Assembly: GCA_038245295.1 (NCBI GenBank)
Contig: JBBRSP010000009.1
Location: 128,001-192,000, forward strand
Direction: 5' to 3'
Source: Candidatus Binatia bacterium
Lineage (GTDB): Bacteria; Desulfobacterota; Binatia; HRBIN30
Length of the DNA: 64,000 nt
Below are positions 1 through 9,284 of this stretch, in pieces (within the stretch, counting starts at the first letter, position 1; every line of letters starts with the position of its first letter). Below the pieces are notes generated by a model that saw only the letters and a program-made list of their open reading frames with translations, searched no databases and was not told the origin of the DNA. Both the position numbers and the translations under genes were made by a program.

Positions 1-336
1 GATCATCAGTTCGTTGAGTTGCGAAATGTTCGGAAATTCCGTGACGGGCGGGATCTTCGAATACCGTCCGCTGAAGACCTCGGAGATGAACATCTTCGCC
101 ACACGCCGTGCTGTATCGTGGGTGTTGTGATCGCTCCGGGTGTCGATCACCAGGGTCTGCAGTACCTCTTGGAGCTTGGCCGCGAGTTCCTTTTTGAGAT
201 CCTCCAGTTCTCCCGGCTCGATGAAGTCGGCGATGTTGTCATTGGCGAAATATCTGTGGCCTGCCTGCTCGAGGCGTTGGCGGATACGATCCGCGACTGG
301 AGTTTGACTCTCGAGCTCGTGCGACTGATTTGACAT
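1..336 (-). CDS. folE: GTP cyclohydrolase I, 5' part (runs off the window start)
   Basis: Not in ORF track. Manual translation from ATG at 336: MSNQSHELESQTPVADRIRQRLEQAGHRYFANDNIADFI...LVIDTRSDHNTHDTARRVAKMFISEVFSGRY...PPVTEFPN...LNELMI. The DHNT.DT..RVAKM...E.F.G motif is typical of FolE. Confidence 0.85.
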   Translation of the reverse strand, partial: MSNQSHELESQTPVADRIRQRLEQAGHRYFANDNIADFIEPGELEDLKKELAAKLQEVLQTLVIDTRSDHNTHDTARRVAKMFISEVFSGRYSKIPPVTEFPNISQLNELMI

Positions 337-536
337 GCGTTATTTGTTTCTTCCGTTCGATCTGGACGTAGCCGTTTAACCACGATCAGGGGCGCCGAAT
401 CAATCGTTCCACGCCACGTGCAGCCGTCACTCGAACGGCTCTGAAGAGCAGTAACACACCAGGTCACGGTCTCCGTCGACAGCCGACAACCGACCGTGTT
501 TTCCACTGAAACTTTCGCGCCCAGCCCAACAGGCTT

Positions 537-1174
537 TTAAGGCAGCGGCGCTGTCCCGGCGCAGTAGATCGCCGCGGTGTTGCCGGCACCGAAGCTCATT
601 ACCAGATCGGCCGTGCTGCTCTGGGCCGCCGCGTCGAGGCAGGGCGGACAGATCGCCGGTGTCTTGGCCAGCAGCTTGGTGCTGACCTTGTCGTAGGCGG
701 CGCGGCAGGAGATTGGCTTACCAATTCCTTGTCGGCACGCGGTCACATCGAACGGTTTCCCCTTCACCGCGGCGGCGACACGTTTGAGGTCGTACTTCGT
801 CATACACGCCGCGAGCTTCTTGAGGTTCGTCGCCGCCAGGCGCGCGCATTTGGCGCTGTTTGCATCCGGCGGCACGAAGCCTGGGTCGCCGCCATCGAAG
901 GGTATCGAGCCGGCACAATAGATCTGACCGTTGTTGTCGTCGACGAAGTTGATCACCACGTCGGCGGCACTGGCTTGTGCGGTTGCGTCTTGGCAGGGCG
1001 GGCAGATGGGTGGTGTCTTGCCCAGCAGCTTGAGGGTGGCCTTGTCGTCTCCCAACTCGTCGTTCCACCGCGGAAGTGAGTCGCGTTGGCCGGCCGGATG
1101 CCGAGCACCAAGGTGGAGATGAGGAGGACAAATCCGGCTATCGCGGCGCGTCCCAGGCAGTTTCGTGTCATCAA
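537..1174 (-). pseudogene. Broken secreted Cys-rich protein: signal peptide + THFRGGTTSW joined out of frame to a duplicated C-terminal module
   Basis: ORF 953..1174 has a signal peptide ending ANA-THFRGG. ORF 537..1055, in another frame, has two copies of K.L.KTP.ICPPC.DA.AQ.S.AD.V..F...N...IYCAG but no good start codon or RBS. Confidence 0.55.
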
Positions 1175-1386
1175 GTTCTCCTCACAGTCCGACTCGAAGG
1201 CAGAGGTTGCCGCTGTCGCAACTCAGCCGGGAAAGTCGACCCGGCAACATTGCCTGGTTTTCCGCCTCGGGGCGCAAGCTCTCATAGGGCATGTGGGGTG
1301 TCAAATTCGTATGGATCGGATGGTGGTGGGGTCATTTCAACCGAGTGCCCATGAGCCCAATGCCCCCGCGTTGTTGAAGACCAAGC

Positions 1387-1536
1387 TCCCCCTCTCCCAC
1401 TTCAAATGGATTTGTCGATCGGTGGGAGAGGGTCGGGGTGAGGGCCCGGGGCTGGGCTCGCTGGATCCGCAGACCGAACCCTCACCCTAACCCTCTCCCA
1501 CTGTATGGGATCGTCATTCACGGTAGGAGAGGGGAG
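1387..1536. repeat. Palindromic intergenic element, CCCTCTCCC/GGGAGAGGG family (two-hairpin unit)
   Basis: CCCCCTCTCCCAC...GTGGGAGAGGGTCGGGGTGAGGGCCC followed by CCCTCACCCTAACCCTCTCCCA...GGAGAGGGG; a related copy spans 10245-10553. Confidence 0.8.
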
Positions 1537-1627
1537 TTCGGAATCTACATCTTCATCAGCGGAAATGACCTCACTACCGATCGGATGGGTAGCCACGGAC
1601 TTTAGTCGGCGATCGGACAGATTCCGT

Positions 1628-2542
1628 TCACGGAACCGAAAGATCCGGCACGCGATAGATCGGTGGGGTGTGCGACAGGCGATGATCGTGCGGGCCGACG
1701 AAGGTGTCGAACTCGGTGCCGACAGCGATCGTCGCGGCGTCGTTTGTGTTGGCGAAGGCCAGCATGGCCCCGTCGTCGCGGAAGCTCCAGATGCTGGTCA
1801 TGATCGGTCCGGCGCGGGTCGTGTCGACGAAGGTATCGATGGCGATCAACCCATCGACGGCGAGGAAACGCTTGGCGCCCTCGCTGCGGAACCAGTTCTC
1901 GAACGCCACCAGCTTCCCCGGCATGACGTCGAACGTCTGCGTGAAGAAAGCCTGCGCCGCGTTCGCAGGCGGCGCCGGCCGCTCGGCAGTGCTCGTGGTG
2001 TCCGCTGTGGCCATGCCGGGCATCACGTGCCCGGCGTGAGGATCGCCGGCGGTAAGGGAAGCGAGGTAGGCCACAAGGTCCTCGACCTGAGCGACGGTCA
2101 GGTCGTAGACCGGCATATTCGACAGGCCTTGCGCACTCACCCAGCCCGGGCCCTCCACAACCACGGCATTGGGATTGATGATCGCTTCGAAGAAGTAGCC
2201 CGGTGGGTGGTGTCCCCCCATGCCGGTAAGCTCGGGCCCCGCACCACTCGGCTCCGTCGCGGAGAATTTTTCACCCGCCACCTTGTGGCACGACGGACAA
2301 CCGAGCGCCTCGAAGCTGCGCCGCCCGACCGCGACGTCGCCGGTCAGCGGCGACAGTTGCCAGCCCGGCGGGACGCCGCCAAGCTGGTGCAAAGCGCTCA
2401 TCGTCATGCGCACCGATTTCGGCGACGTACGAGTGCTGGCGGAGTTGTTGGCGCGCGGCGTCTCGCGATCACCGCAAGCCGCGATCAGGACCAATACGGC
2501 GAGCAGGAAACGCAGGCAGCCAAAGGGGCGGAGGCGGGGCAT
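1628..2542 (-). CDS. Lipoprotein c-type cytochrome with extra C-terminal domain
   Basis: Lipobox-like LIAAC, heme motif CPSCH, candidate distal Met (SNMP), His/Met linker DPHAGHVMPGM. Confidence 0.75.
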   Translation of the reverse strand: MPRLRPFGCLRFLLAVLVLIAACGDRETPRANNSASTRTSPKSVRMTMSALHQLGGVPPGWQLSPLTGDVAVGRRSFEALGCPSCHKVAGEKFSATEPSGAGPELTGMGGHHPPGYFFEAIINPNAVVVEGPGWVSAQGLSNMPVYDLTVAQVEDLVAYLASLTAGDPHAGHVMPGMATADTTSTAERPAPPANAAQAFFTQTFDVMPGKLVAFENWFRSEGAKRFLAVDGLIAIDTFVDTTRAGPIMTSIWSFRDDGAMLAFANTNDAATIAVGTEFDTFVGPHDHRLSHTPPIYRVPDLSVP

Positions 2543-3095
2543 CTTCCCCTTTTCGCACAGTTCTATCCTGGGCTGCGAGCACCGTTGCTGTGGACTACGG
2601 AGTGGACCTCATAACGAAAGATATCGCCGCGTTTGAATCGAGGAAGGTGCGGCGGCCATCGTCTCCCATGAGCTACGCGTCTGAGGCACATGAAGGGTAA
2701 GTATCGGACGATGTGCGAAAAGCTCGAATCATGCACTGGCGACCGTATTGCCGTCGACGCGCTCACCACCGACGACCCCGAGGTGCATCTGGTGGTTGCG
2801 GGGTCTTGAACTTGTGCAAGCCAATGACCGTCCTGTTTTAAGAGCGTCGCAGAGCCGTGCGTTGGAGGCCATGCCCAGCATACGGCGGGTCTTCGACGAA
2901 ACCAGCTTAGCGCGATCTCGATCATGGATGCTCCTCGGCTGCGTGTCACGCCAGCAATCAGCCGCCGCGTAGAGCGCGACACGACCCTGGGCGACAAGCT
3001 CGCCTTTCCCGCCTGTGCGAGGCCATGTCCCAGTAGCTCCTAGATGTGCCACGCCAGGATCTCCGCCCGCTCGGCATGTTCCACCGATACGCGGC

Positions 3096-3111
3096 TGGCA
3101 TGCACCGTGCT
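3096..3111 (+). promoter_or_regulatory. Candidate sigma54 (-24/-12) promoter upstream of the monooxygenase
   Basis: TGGCATGCACCGTGCT has GG-N10-GC spacing and lies ~105 bp before the ATG at 3218. Confidence 0.4.
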
Positions 3112-3217
3112 TTTTTAACCATGGCGCGATGAGCCACCTGACGATTATCGCCGAAGATTTGGCAAGAACCGGTTCCAGATGTCGTGGTGGCGGGCACGGG
3201 CAGTTTGAGGGGGCAAC

Positions 3218-4660
3218 ATGCGTTTCGTGATCATCGGGGCAGGGATGGCTGGCATCCTGAGCGCCATCAAGCTGAAGGAAGCTGGATTTACAGACTTCAC
3301 GGTCTACGAAAAAGCCGATCGGCTCGGCGGCACCTGGCGGGAGAATACCTATCCGGGAATCGCCTGCGACGTCCCGTCTCATCTGTATAGCTACTCGTTC
3401 GCGCCCAACCCCGACTGGAGTCACTGCTACTCGCCGGGGGCGGAGATCGAAGCCTACTTCGAACGCGTGGCGCACGAGCACGATCTCGACAGGTTCATCC
3501 ACTACGGCGAGGAAGTGGCGCGCTGTGCCTTCCGCGCCCGGCGCTGGCAGATCGAAACGGCGAGCGGCCACCGCGACAAGGCCGACGTCATCATCGCCGC
3601 GACGGGTGTGCTGCACCATCCAAACTATCCAATCATCGCCGGGCTCGAGACGTTCAAGGGGACCCGCTTTCACAGTGCACGTTGGGACCACAGCGTCCGC
3701 CTCGACGGTCGGCGTGTCGGCATCATCGGCACGGGTTCTACGGCGGTACAGATTGTTTCCGCACTCGTCGATCGGGTGCAGAAGCTCACCGTCTTTCAGC
3801 GTAGCGCGCAATGGATCGTGCCGCAGCAGAATCCGCCCTACGGCGAAGCGGAGAAGCAAGAGTTCCGCCAGCACCCGGAACGCATGCAAGAGCTGCGGGC
3901 CGGGGTATCGCAGCTGTTCGCGGAGAACTTTTCGAATGCCGTTGTGGATGCGGACTCGGCGCAGATGAAGGCCATCGAGGAGGTGTGTCTCGCCAACCTG
4001 GTGAACAGTGTGGTCGACCCCGTACTGCGCGAGAAGTTGCGCCCGAAATACCGCGCCGCTTGCAAGCGCCTCGTCGTCTCACCCAACTTCTACGAGGCAA
4101 TGCAGAAGCCCAATGCCGAGCTGGTTACCGAGCCCATCGAGCGTGTCGAAGCCTTGGGGGTTCGCACCCGCGACGGGCGGTTGCATGGGCTCGACGTGTT
4201 GGTTCTCGCGACCGGCTTCCGCGCCGATCGCTTCGTGCGGCCCATGGGCGTGATCGGGCGCAACGGTACGCGCCTCGATGTCGCCTGGGCGGAGCGGCCC
4301 TCCGCCTACCTGTCGATCTCGATCCCTGACTTCCCGAACTTTTTCATGCTCAACGGTCCCAATGGTCCGGTCGGTAACTTCTCACTCATCGAGGTCGCCG
4401 AGCTGCAATTCGGATACATCGAGCAGCTGATCGAGTTGGTGCGCTCGGGCCGCTGCCATGAGGTCAGTGCCACGGAGTCAGCAACCGCAAACTTCGACAC
4501 GCAGCGCGTCGAAGCGGCAAAGAAGACCGTTTGGATGACCGGCTGCCGCAGTTGGTACCTCGACGACCGAGGCATTCCAGCGGCGTGGCCGTGGAGCTTC
4601 GATCGCTTCCGCCAGGAGATGGCGCAGCCAGACCTCGAGGCGTTCGATCTGGTCGACTAG
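3218..4660 (+). CDS. Type I Baeyer-Villiger / flavin-containing monooxygenase
   Basis: GAGMAG FAD motif, GGTWRENTYPG, BVMO fingerprint FKGTRFHSARWD, second Rossmann motif GTGSTA, ATG motif. Confidence 0.92.
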   Translation: MRFVIIGAGMAGILSAIKLKEAGFTDFTVYEKADRLGGTWRENTYPGIACDVPSHLYSYSFAPNPDWSHCYSPGAEIEAYFERVAHEHDLDRFIHYGEEVARCAFRARRWQIETASGHRDKADVIIAATGVLHHPNYPIIAGLETFKGTRFHSARWDHSVRLDGRRVGIIGTGSTAVQIVSALVDRVQKLTVFQRSAQWIVPQQNPPYGEAEKQEFRQHPERMQELRAGVSQLFAENFSNAVVDADSAQMKAIEEVCLANLVNSVVDPVLREKLRPKYRAACKRLVVSPNFYEAMQKPNAELVTEPIERVEALGVRTRDGRLHGLDVLVLATGFRADRFVRPMGVIGRNGTRLDVAWAERPSAYLSISIPDFPNFFMLNGPNGPVGNFSLIEVAELQFGYIEQLIELVRSGRCHEVSATESATANFDTQRVEAAKKTVWMTGCRSWYLDDRGIPAAWPWSFDRFRQEMAQPDLEAFDLVD

Positions 4661-4869
4661 GCGAGGTTGCCGGTTTGCGTCAGCAAGTGGAAATGGTTCG
4701 ACATCAGCGCCCAAGCGTAGACAGCAAACTGCTTGGCACGAACGGCAGCTTGGATGCGGGCCAGGAAGTCAAGGCGATCGGCGTCGTCGCGGAAGGTCGC
4801 AGCGCTCGATGCCACGATTCCAGACGTGATGCAGCGCCAGAGGCGATCCAGACGAGGGCCACGGGGCAT
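4657..4869 (-). pseudogene. Truncated, frameshifted REP-associated tyrosine transposase (RAYT / Y1_Tnp)
   Basis: Joining frames gives MPRGPRLD..ALHHVWNRGIERCD.FRDDADRLDFLARI...VYAWALMSNHFHLL (HUH motif), then a stop at the BVMO 3' end. Confidence 0.8.
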
Positions 4870-5160
4870 GGGTACAGATCTCACGGCACAATCGCCGAGT
4901 CTTTTGGGTGGGTGTCCAACAAGCGCGCTCTCTCAAGTTTCCAAGCAATCCGTCCCGTCGGTGGTTGCCGACTCTCCAACCCTGGGAAACCTGCACCAAC
5001 TGTTGCATGATCATGTCGTGCCAAAGCCGGAGAATGGGCTGATAGGAATTTCCCGGGATGGACAGGGTCATCAGCGCCTTGGGGCCGGGAGTGATCGGCC
5101 GAGCGCGCGGCGCACTGAGATGGGCCTCCTTCGAACCCGCGACGACGAAGAAGGCTACTG

Positions 5161-6492
5161 ATGCAGCACGCGCAGCCGAACTGGATCGTCTTCCTGCTCA
5201 TGAACGATCTCGACAGCCTGGGGGGATCGAGCCAGCTGCTTTGCACAATTGCTCTTGCGCTGCAGCGTGCGGGTCATACGGTATCGGTCTACACCGAATA
5301 CCCATGTAGTTCGGACAACCGTTACGCGCGCCTGTTGCACGATGCGGCTATCCCGGTGAACCCGGCGATAGATGCGGGCACCGGGGCCGGCGGGCTGGCT
5401 GTCCTCCTGTCGCCGGCACGACTCGCCGTTGCGCTCGCCGTCGCGCTCCTCAGCCGGAACTCGGTGCGGCACGCCTGGCGAAGCACCGGCGAACGACTGA
5501 ATCGCTTGCTTGTGCGTCGCCGTTTAAGCCGCCAGGTGCGTCGCGCGCTTTGCCATGCCGCAGCCGAGGCGCGTCAGGAAGGTCGCACCGCCTTGGCGCA
5601 CGTTCACCGCGGGGCAAACGGAGTGCGCTGGGCACGAGAGGCACAACTTCCCATCGTCTACGTTGAAAATAGCACGCCGACGGCCGACACCCGAACCGAT
5701 TGGTGGTTCAATGCCAACCCCTCACCCGCTTCAAACGCAGCCAAGGGCTGGCGGCGCCTACGGCGGGTCGCACCCTGGATCGATCTGATCATCGCCGGCT
5801 CCGAGCGCGCCGCGCGCGGGGTTCGCGGACAAGTGGGCTACGAGGGCCCGGTCGCAATCCTGCCGTGGATGGTTGAGCCTGCCGCGAACATCCGTCCCCC
5901 CGTGTTGGGGTCGGGGGAAGTCCACATCATCGGCACGGCCGGGCGCCTGGAAGCGGAGAAGGGGCATAGGTTCCTGATCCAGGCCCTACCTCGGGTGTTG
6001 CAAATCATTCCGGTACGGTTGGTGGTTGCGGGCGACGGGTCATTGCGAACAGAGCTCGAAGACCTGGCTGCCAAGGTCGGAGTTCGACAACATGTCGATT
6101 TCCTTGGTGCCCAAGATGACGTCGGGATGGAGCGGTTCTGGGATCGAATCGAGTTGTTCGTCCTTCCGTCGCTGCGCGAAGGCTCGCCGCTTGTGGGCCT
6201 TGAAGCGATGGCGCGTCGCATTGCCGTTGTCGCCACCGACGTCGGTGGCGTACGCGAACTCCTCGATGACGGCCGCGCGGGTTGTGTTGCACAACCGGGT
6301 GCTCCCGCTGCGCTCGCCGCCGCGATTCTCGAGGTTATGTCCGACACGTCACGGCGCCAGTCGTTGGCGCAGGCGGGCTACGATCGCTTCGTGGCGAACT
6401 ACGCGCCTGCGGTAGCAACGCCCGCATGGTTGCAGGCCTATGAACGGGTTTTGGGAGACTGGACCGCTCGCCCCCGCCGCGGTGGAGCGTGA
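5161..6492 (+). CDS. Glycosyltransferase family 4
   Basis: GRLEAEKG, FVLPSLREGSPLVGLEAMA, VATDVGG. Confidence 0.9.
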   Translation: MQHAQPNWIVFLLMNDLDSLGGSSQLLCTIALALQRAGHTVSVYTEYPCSSDNRYARLLHDAAIPVNPAIDAGTGAGGLAVLLSPARLAVALAVALLSRNSVRHAWRSTGERLNRLLVRRRLSRQVRRALCHAAAEARQEGRTALAHVHRGANGVRWAREAQLPIVYVENSTPTADTRTDWWFNANPSPASNAAKGWRRLRRVAPWIDLIIAGSERAARGVRGQVGYEGPVAILPWMVEPAANIRPPVLGSGEVHIIGTAGRLEAEKGHRFLIQALPRVLQIIPVRLVVAGDGSLRTELEDLAAKVGVRQHVDFLGAQDDVGMERFWDRIELFVLPSLREGSPLVGLEAMARRIAVVATDVGGVRELLDDGRAGCVAQPGAPAALAAAILEVMSDTSRRQSLAQAGYDRFVANYAPAVATPAWLQAYERVLGDWTARPRRGGA

Positions 6493-6546
6493 TCGGTCCG
6501 CGGTTGGCATTGAGACTCGGTTGAGATCCATATACGGAAGCGACGA

Positions 6547-7491
6547 ATGAGTGCGCTCGAGAAACCAGTCGTGACTGTGGTGGTCACCTCAGACTACGCG
6601 AGTGGGAAACTCGCGGGCTGGAATGATCTGCGCTCGAACTTGGCCGGCTTGGCAGCGCAGGACTACAAAGAGCCGGCAGAGTTTCTGCTTGTCGAGACGG
6701 CCGAGATTGCGCCCACCATTCCTCCGGATGTGTTGCAGATCCTACCGCAGCTCCGCGTCGTTGTGACACAGGCAACCTCGGCGAGCGAACTGAAGAACGC
6801 AGGCGCGCGCGCCGCGGCGGCTGATCTCGTGGCGATGATCGATGCGGATTGCACGCCGGTTCGCGGCTGGCTGCGCCACCTCGTGAACGCTCTGCGTGAG
6901 AATCCGGACGCCGTCGTGGTGAGTGGGCGGACCAGCTACGGAAGCCGCACTCTGCTCGATCGGGTCATGGCCCTGGTCACGCGTTCATTTCTCGATGAAG
7001 GCCGACCGTCGGCAACGCGTCACGTAACCATCAACAACGCCGGCTTCCGCCGGGAAGCGTTCTTGGCGCATCCCTTACCCGAAGATACCGGGGCACACAT
7101 GTCGATGCTTCAGTCCGAGGCCATCTCCCGGGATGGCGGCCGATTCCGTTTTGAACCGGGAATGCACGTCACACACACCTACGGTGGCTGGGCGATGGAA
7201 AGGGAGATCCGCAGAAGCATGGGCTACGGCGTCATCAAGGTGCGGCGGCTCGACAATCGTATGCCGCATGCCTGGATGGCACGCCTCGGCCTCGTGTCGG
7301 TGCCCTTGTTCATCGTGCTGCGTGCGCTGCACAGTTGCTGGAACTGCGTGCGACGAGCCGGTGATTACGGTGTCGCCTGGTACGAGTTGCCCATCGCCTT
7401 CCTTCTGGCGGCCGCGGCATGCTCCATGGAGGCGCCAGGGATGCTACGGGCGGTCCGCGACTTGCCACACGGCACGTCGGAGTTTCGTTAG
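6547..7491 (+). CDS. Glycosyltransferase family 2-like
   Basis: VTVVV start, KNAGARAA, DxD motif IDADC. Confidence 0.8.
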   Translation: MSALEKPVVTVVVTSDYASGKLAGWNDLRSNLAGLAAQDYKEPAEFLLVETAEIAPTIPPDVLQILPQLRVVVTQATSASELKNAGARAAAADLVAMIDADCTPVRGWLRHLVNALRENPDAVVVSGRTSYGSRTLLDRVMALVTRSFLDEGRPSATRHVTINNAGFRREAFLAHPLPEDTGAHMSMLQSEAISRDGGRFRFEPGMHVTHTYGGWAMEREIRRSMGYGVIKVRRLDNRMPHAWMARLGLVSVPLFIVLRALHSCWNCVRRAGDYGVAWYELPIAFLLAAAACSMEAPGMLRAVRDLPHGTSEFR

Positions 7492-7597
7492 CCCAGGCCT
7501 AAAATGATGGCCGACCCTATACCCCTCTCGCGACGGCCTGAGTGCGTTTGCGAAGCGCGATGGACGCGCGGCGGAATGCGGTCGCGTCAGTCGCATC

Positions 7598-8635
7598 ATG
7601 GGTGAGCATTCACTCAGATACGCCGTCCTCAGCTACGAGGGCGGCGCGAATATCGGCGACGAAATCCAGAGCCTGGCGGTCGAAAGACTGCTGCCTGCGG
7701 TAGACCGCCGGCCGCATCGCGAACGGCTGCATGAGTTCTGCGACGCCGAAAAGCACCTTCTCGTCATGAATGGCTGGTTCGCCTACTACGGCGAGTTGTG
7801 GCCGCCGTCCCCGTCTCTCGTGCCCGTCTTCTTCGGCTTCCACGCTGCCCGTGCCACAGGAGTGCTCCGGCACTTCTCATCGCCTCGGCTCGTGGAATAT
7901 TTCAAGGAGCACGAGCCGATCGGCTGCCGCGATCAACCGACGATGGATTTCTTCCAATCGCTCGGCGTCAGTGCGTACCTAGCAAAGTGTTTGACGCTAA
8001 CCTTTCCACGGCGCGTGGATTCGGGCCAATCGCGCGACGGAAGGGTACTTCTCGTAGACGCGGAGGAGGTTCCAGTCCCCCGTGATCTGGCTCGGGGAGC
8101 GCTCAGGATTACGCACCGGACGCAGCCCTTTCTTCAGACGGCTACGACGCGAGCCATGGCGGTCGATCTGCTCAACCTTTATCGCGATCACGCAAAGCTC
8201 GTGATCACCACCAGGCTGCATTGTGCGATGCCGTGCATCGCCCTGGGAATCCCGGTCGTTTTCTTCGGCGATCCCACGGATGACCGATTCGGTATCTTGC
8301 GAGACATCGGGTTGCCGATCCATCAGTTCCCGCCTCGCTGGGGGCGCTGGCTGCGAGGAAGGAGGCCGCCGCCGGGGCGGCCGGCACCGTACCTACACGC
8401 GCCCACGCCTGTCCCAATGCAATCCGTGCCGCGGTTACTCGCCAAACGCATCTTGGTGACTGGCGAGCGGCTGCGGGTCGGGTTTTCTGGCGGCGTCGAT
8501 TGGAACCCACCCGTCATCGACATCGAGGCGGAGAAGCAGCGCATCTTGAATGCCTTCAAGGATGCGCTGCGACACGCCGAGGAACGCTTGGCTGGGGTGG
8601 ACCTTTCGAGTCGAGAGTCGAGAGTTGGGGATTGA
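7598..8635 (+). CDS. Polysaccharide pyruvyl transferase family protein
   Basis: NIGDEIQ, PIGCRD, ITTRLHCAMPCIALGIP motifs. Confidence 0.85.
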   Translation: MGEHSLRYAVLSYEGGANIGDEIQSLAVERLLPAVDRRPHRERLHEFCDAEKHLLVMNGWFAYYGELWPPSPSLVPVFFGFHAARATGVLRHFSSPRLVEYFKEHEPIGCRDQPTMDFFQSLGVSAYLAKCLTLTFPRRVDSGQSRDGRVLLVDAEEVPVPRDLARGALRITHRTQPFLQTATTRAMAVDLLNLYRDHAKLVITTRLHCAMPCIALGIPVVFFGDPTDDRFGILRDIGLPIHQFPPRWGRWLRGRRPPPGRPAPYLHAPTPVPMQSVPRLLAKRILVTGERLRVGFSGGVDWNPPVIDIEAEKQRILNAFKDALRHAEERLAGVDLSSRESRVGD

Positions 8636-8680
8636 GCGAAATACGAGCAACGCCGACGAGCGGACTGGACGGAGGAAAGC

Positions 8681-9265
8681 ATGCACTTCGAGGAAACCGA
8701 CGTTGTCTCGCATCCGGCAGGGCTCATTCTCGAAACGATGATCGAGCGCATGCAGGACATCGTGCCGTACCTCGACAACATCGAGTCGATCGAGACGCAA
8801 GAACGCAAGGACCTGCCGAAGGGACGCATCCGCATCGTTCGCCGCTGGCAGGGGGCGGCGACATCGGTGCCGAGCGTGGTGCGGCCGTTCGTTACCCGCG
8901 ACCTGCTCGGTTGGCTCGACACCGCACTGTGGGTGCCACCCGAACATCGCGTCGAATGGTCGCAGTCACCATGTGTCAGCGGTGCCGCACAGTTCTACGA
9001 CTGTTCCGGCATCAACTACTTCGAGCCCGACCCGACCGATGCCGGCCACACGCTCATTCGCATCACCGGGGAACTGCTCATCCACCCCGATCGACTACCC
9101 GGCGTGCCACGTTTCCTGGCGCACCGCATCGCACCACAGATCGAGAGCTTCGTGGTCGGCTTGATCACGCCAAACCTCATGGGCTTGGCAAAAGGCCTCC
9201 AGAACTATTTCGATCAGCGTGGCGGCGGCAAGAAGACAACAGCCCGCAAGAAACCTGGGCGGTGA
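8681..9265 (+). CDS. Hypothetical protein, START/SRPBCC (DUF2505-like) fold likely
   Basis: Strong RBS GGAGGA before ATG; sequence pattern resembles helix-grip lipid-binding proteins (fold is inference). Confidence 0.6.
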   Translation: MHFEETDVVSHPAGLILETMIERMQDIVPYLDNIESIETQERKDLPKGRIRIVRRWQGAATSVPSVVRPFVTRDLLGWLDTALWVPPEHRVEWSQSPCVSGAAQFYDCSGINYFEPDPTDAGHTLIRITGELLIHPDRLPGVPRFLAHRIAPQIESFVVGLITPNLMGLAKGLQNYFDQRGGGKKTTARKKPGR

Positions 9266-9284
9266 TCTGTCGACCTGAGGCAAT

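Noticed and set aside
337..536. Riboswitch upstream of folE
   Set aside because: Short hairpins are present but there is no consensus I can recognise; this needs an Rfam scan.
2711..2809. Relaxase-like peptide (IAVDALTTDDPEVHLVVAG)
   Set aside because: Superficial resemblance to the HUH relaxase motif III, but the key histidines are missing and the frame is very short; not supportable without a search.
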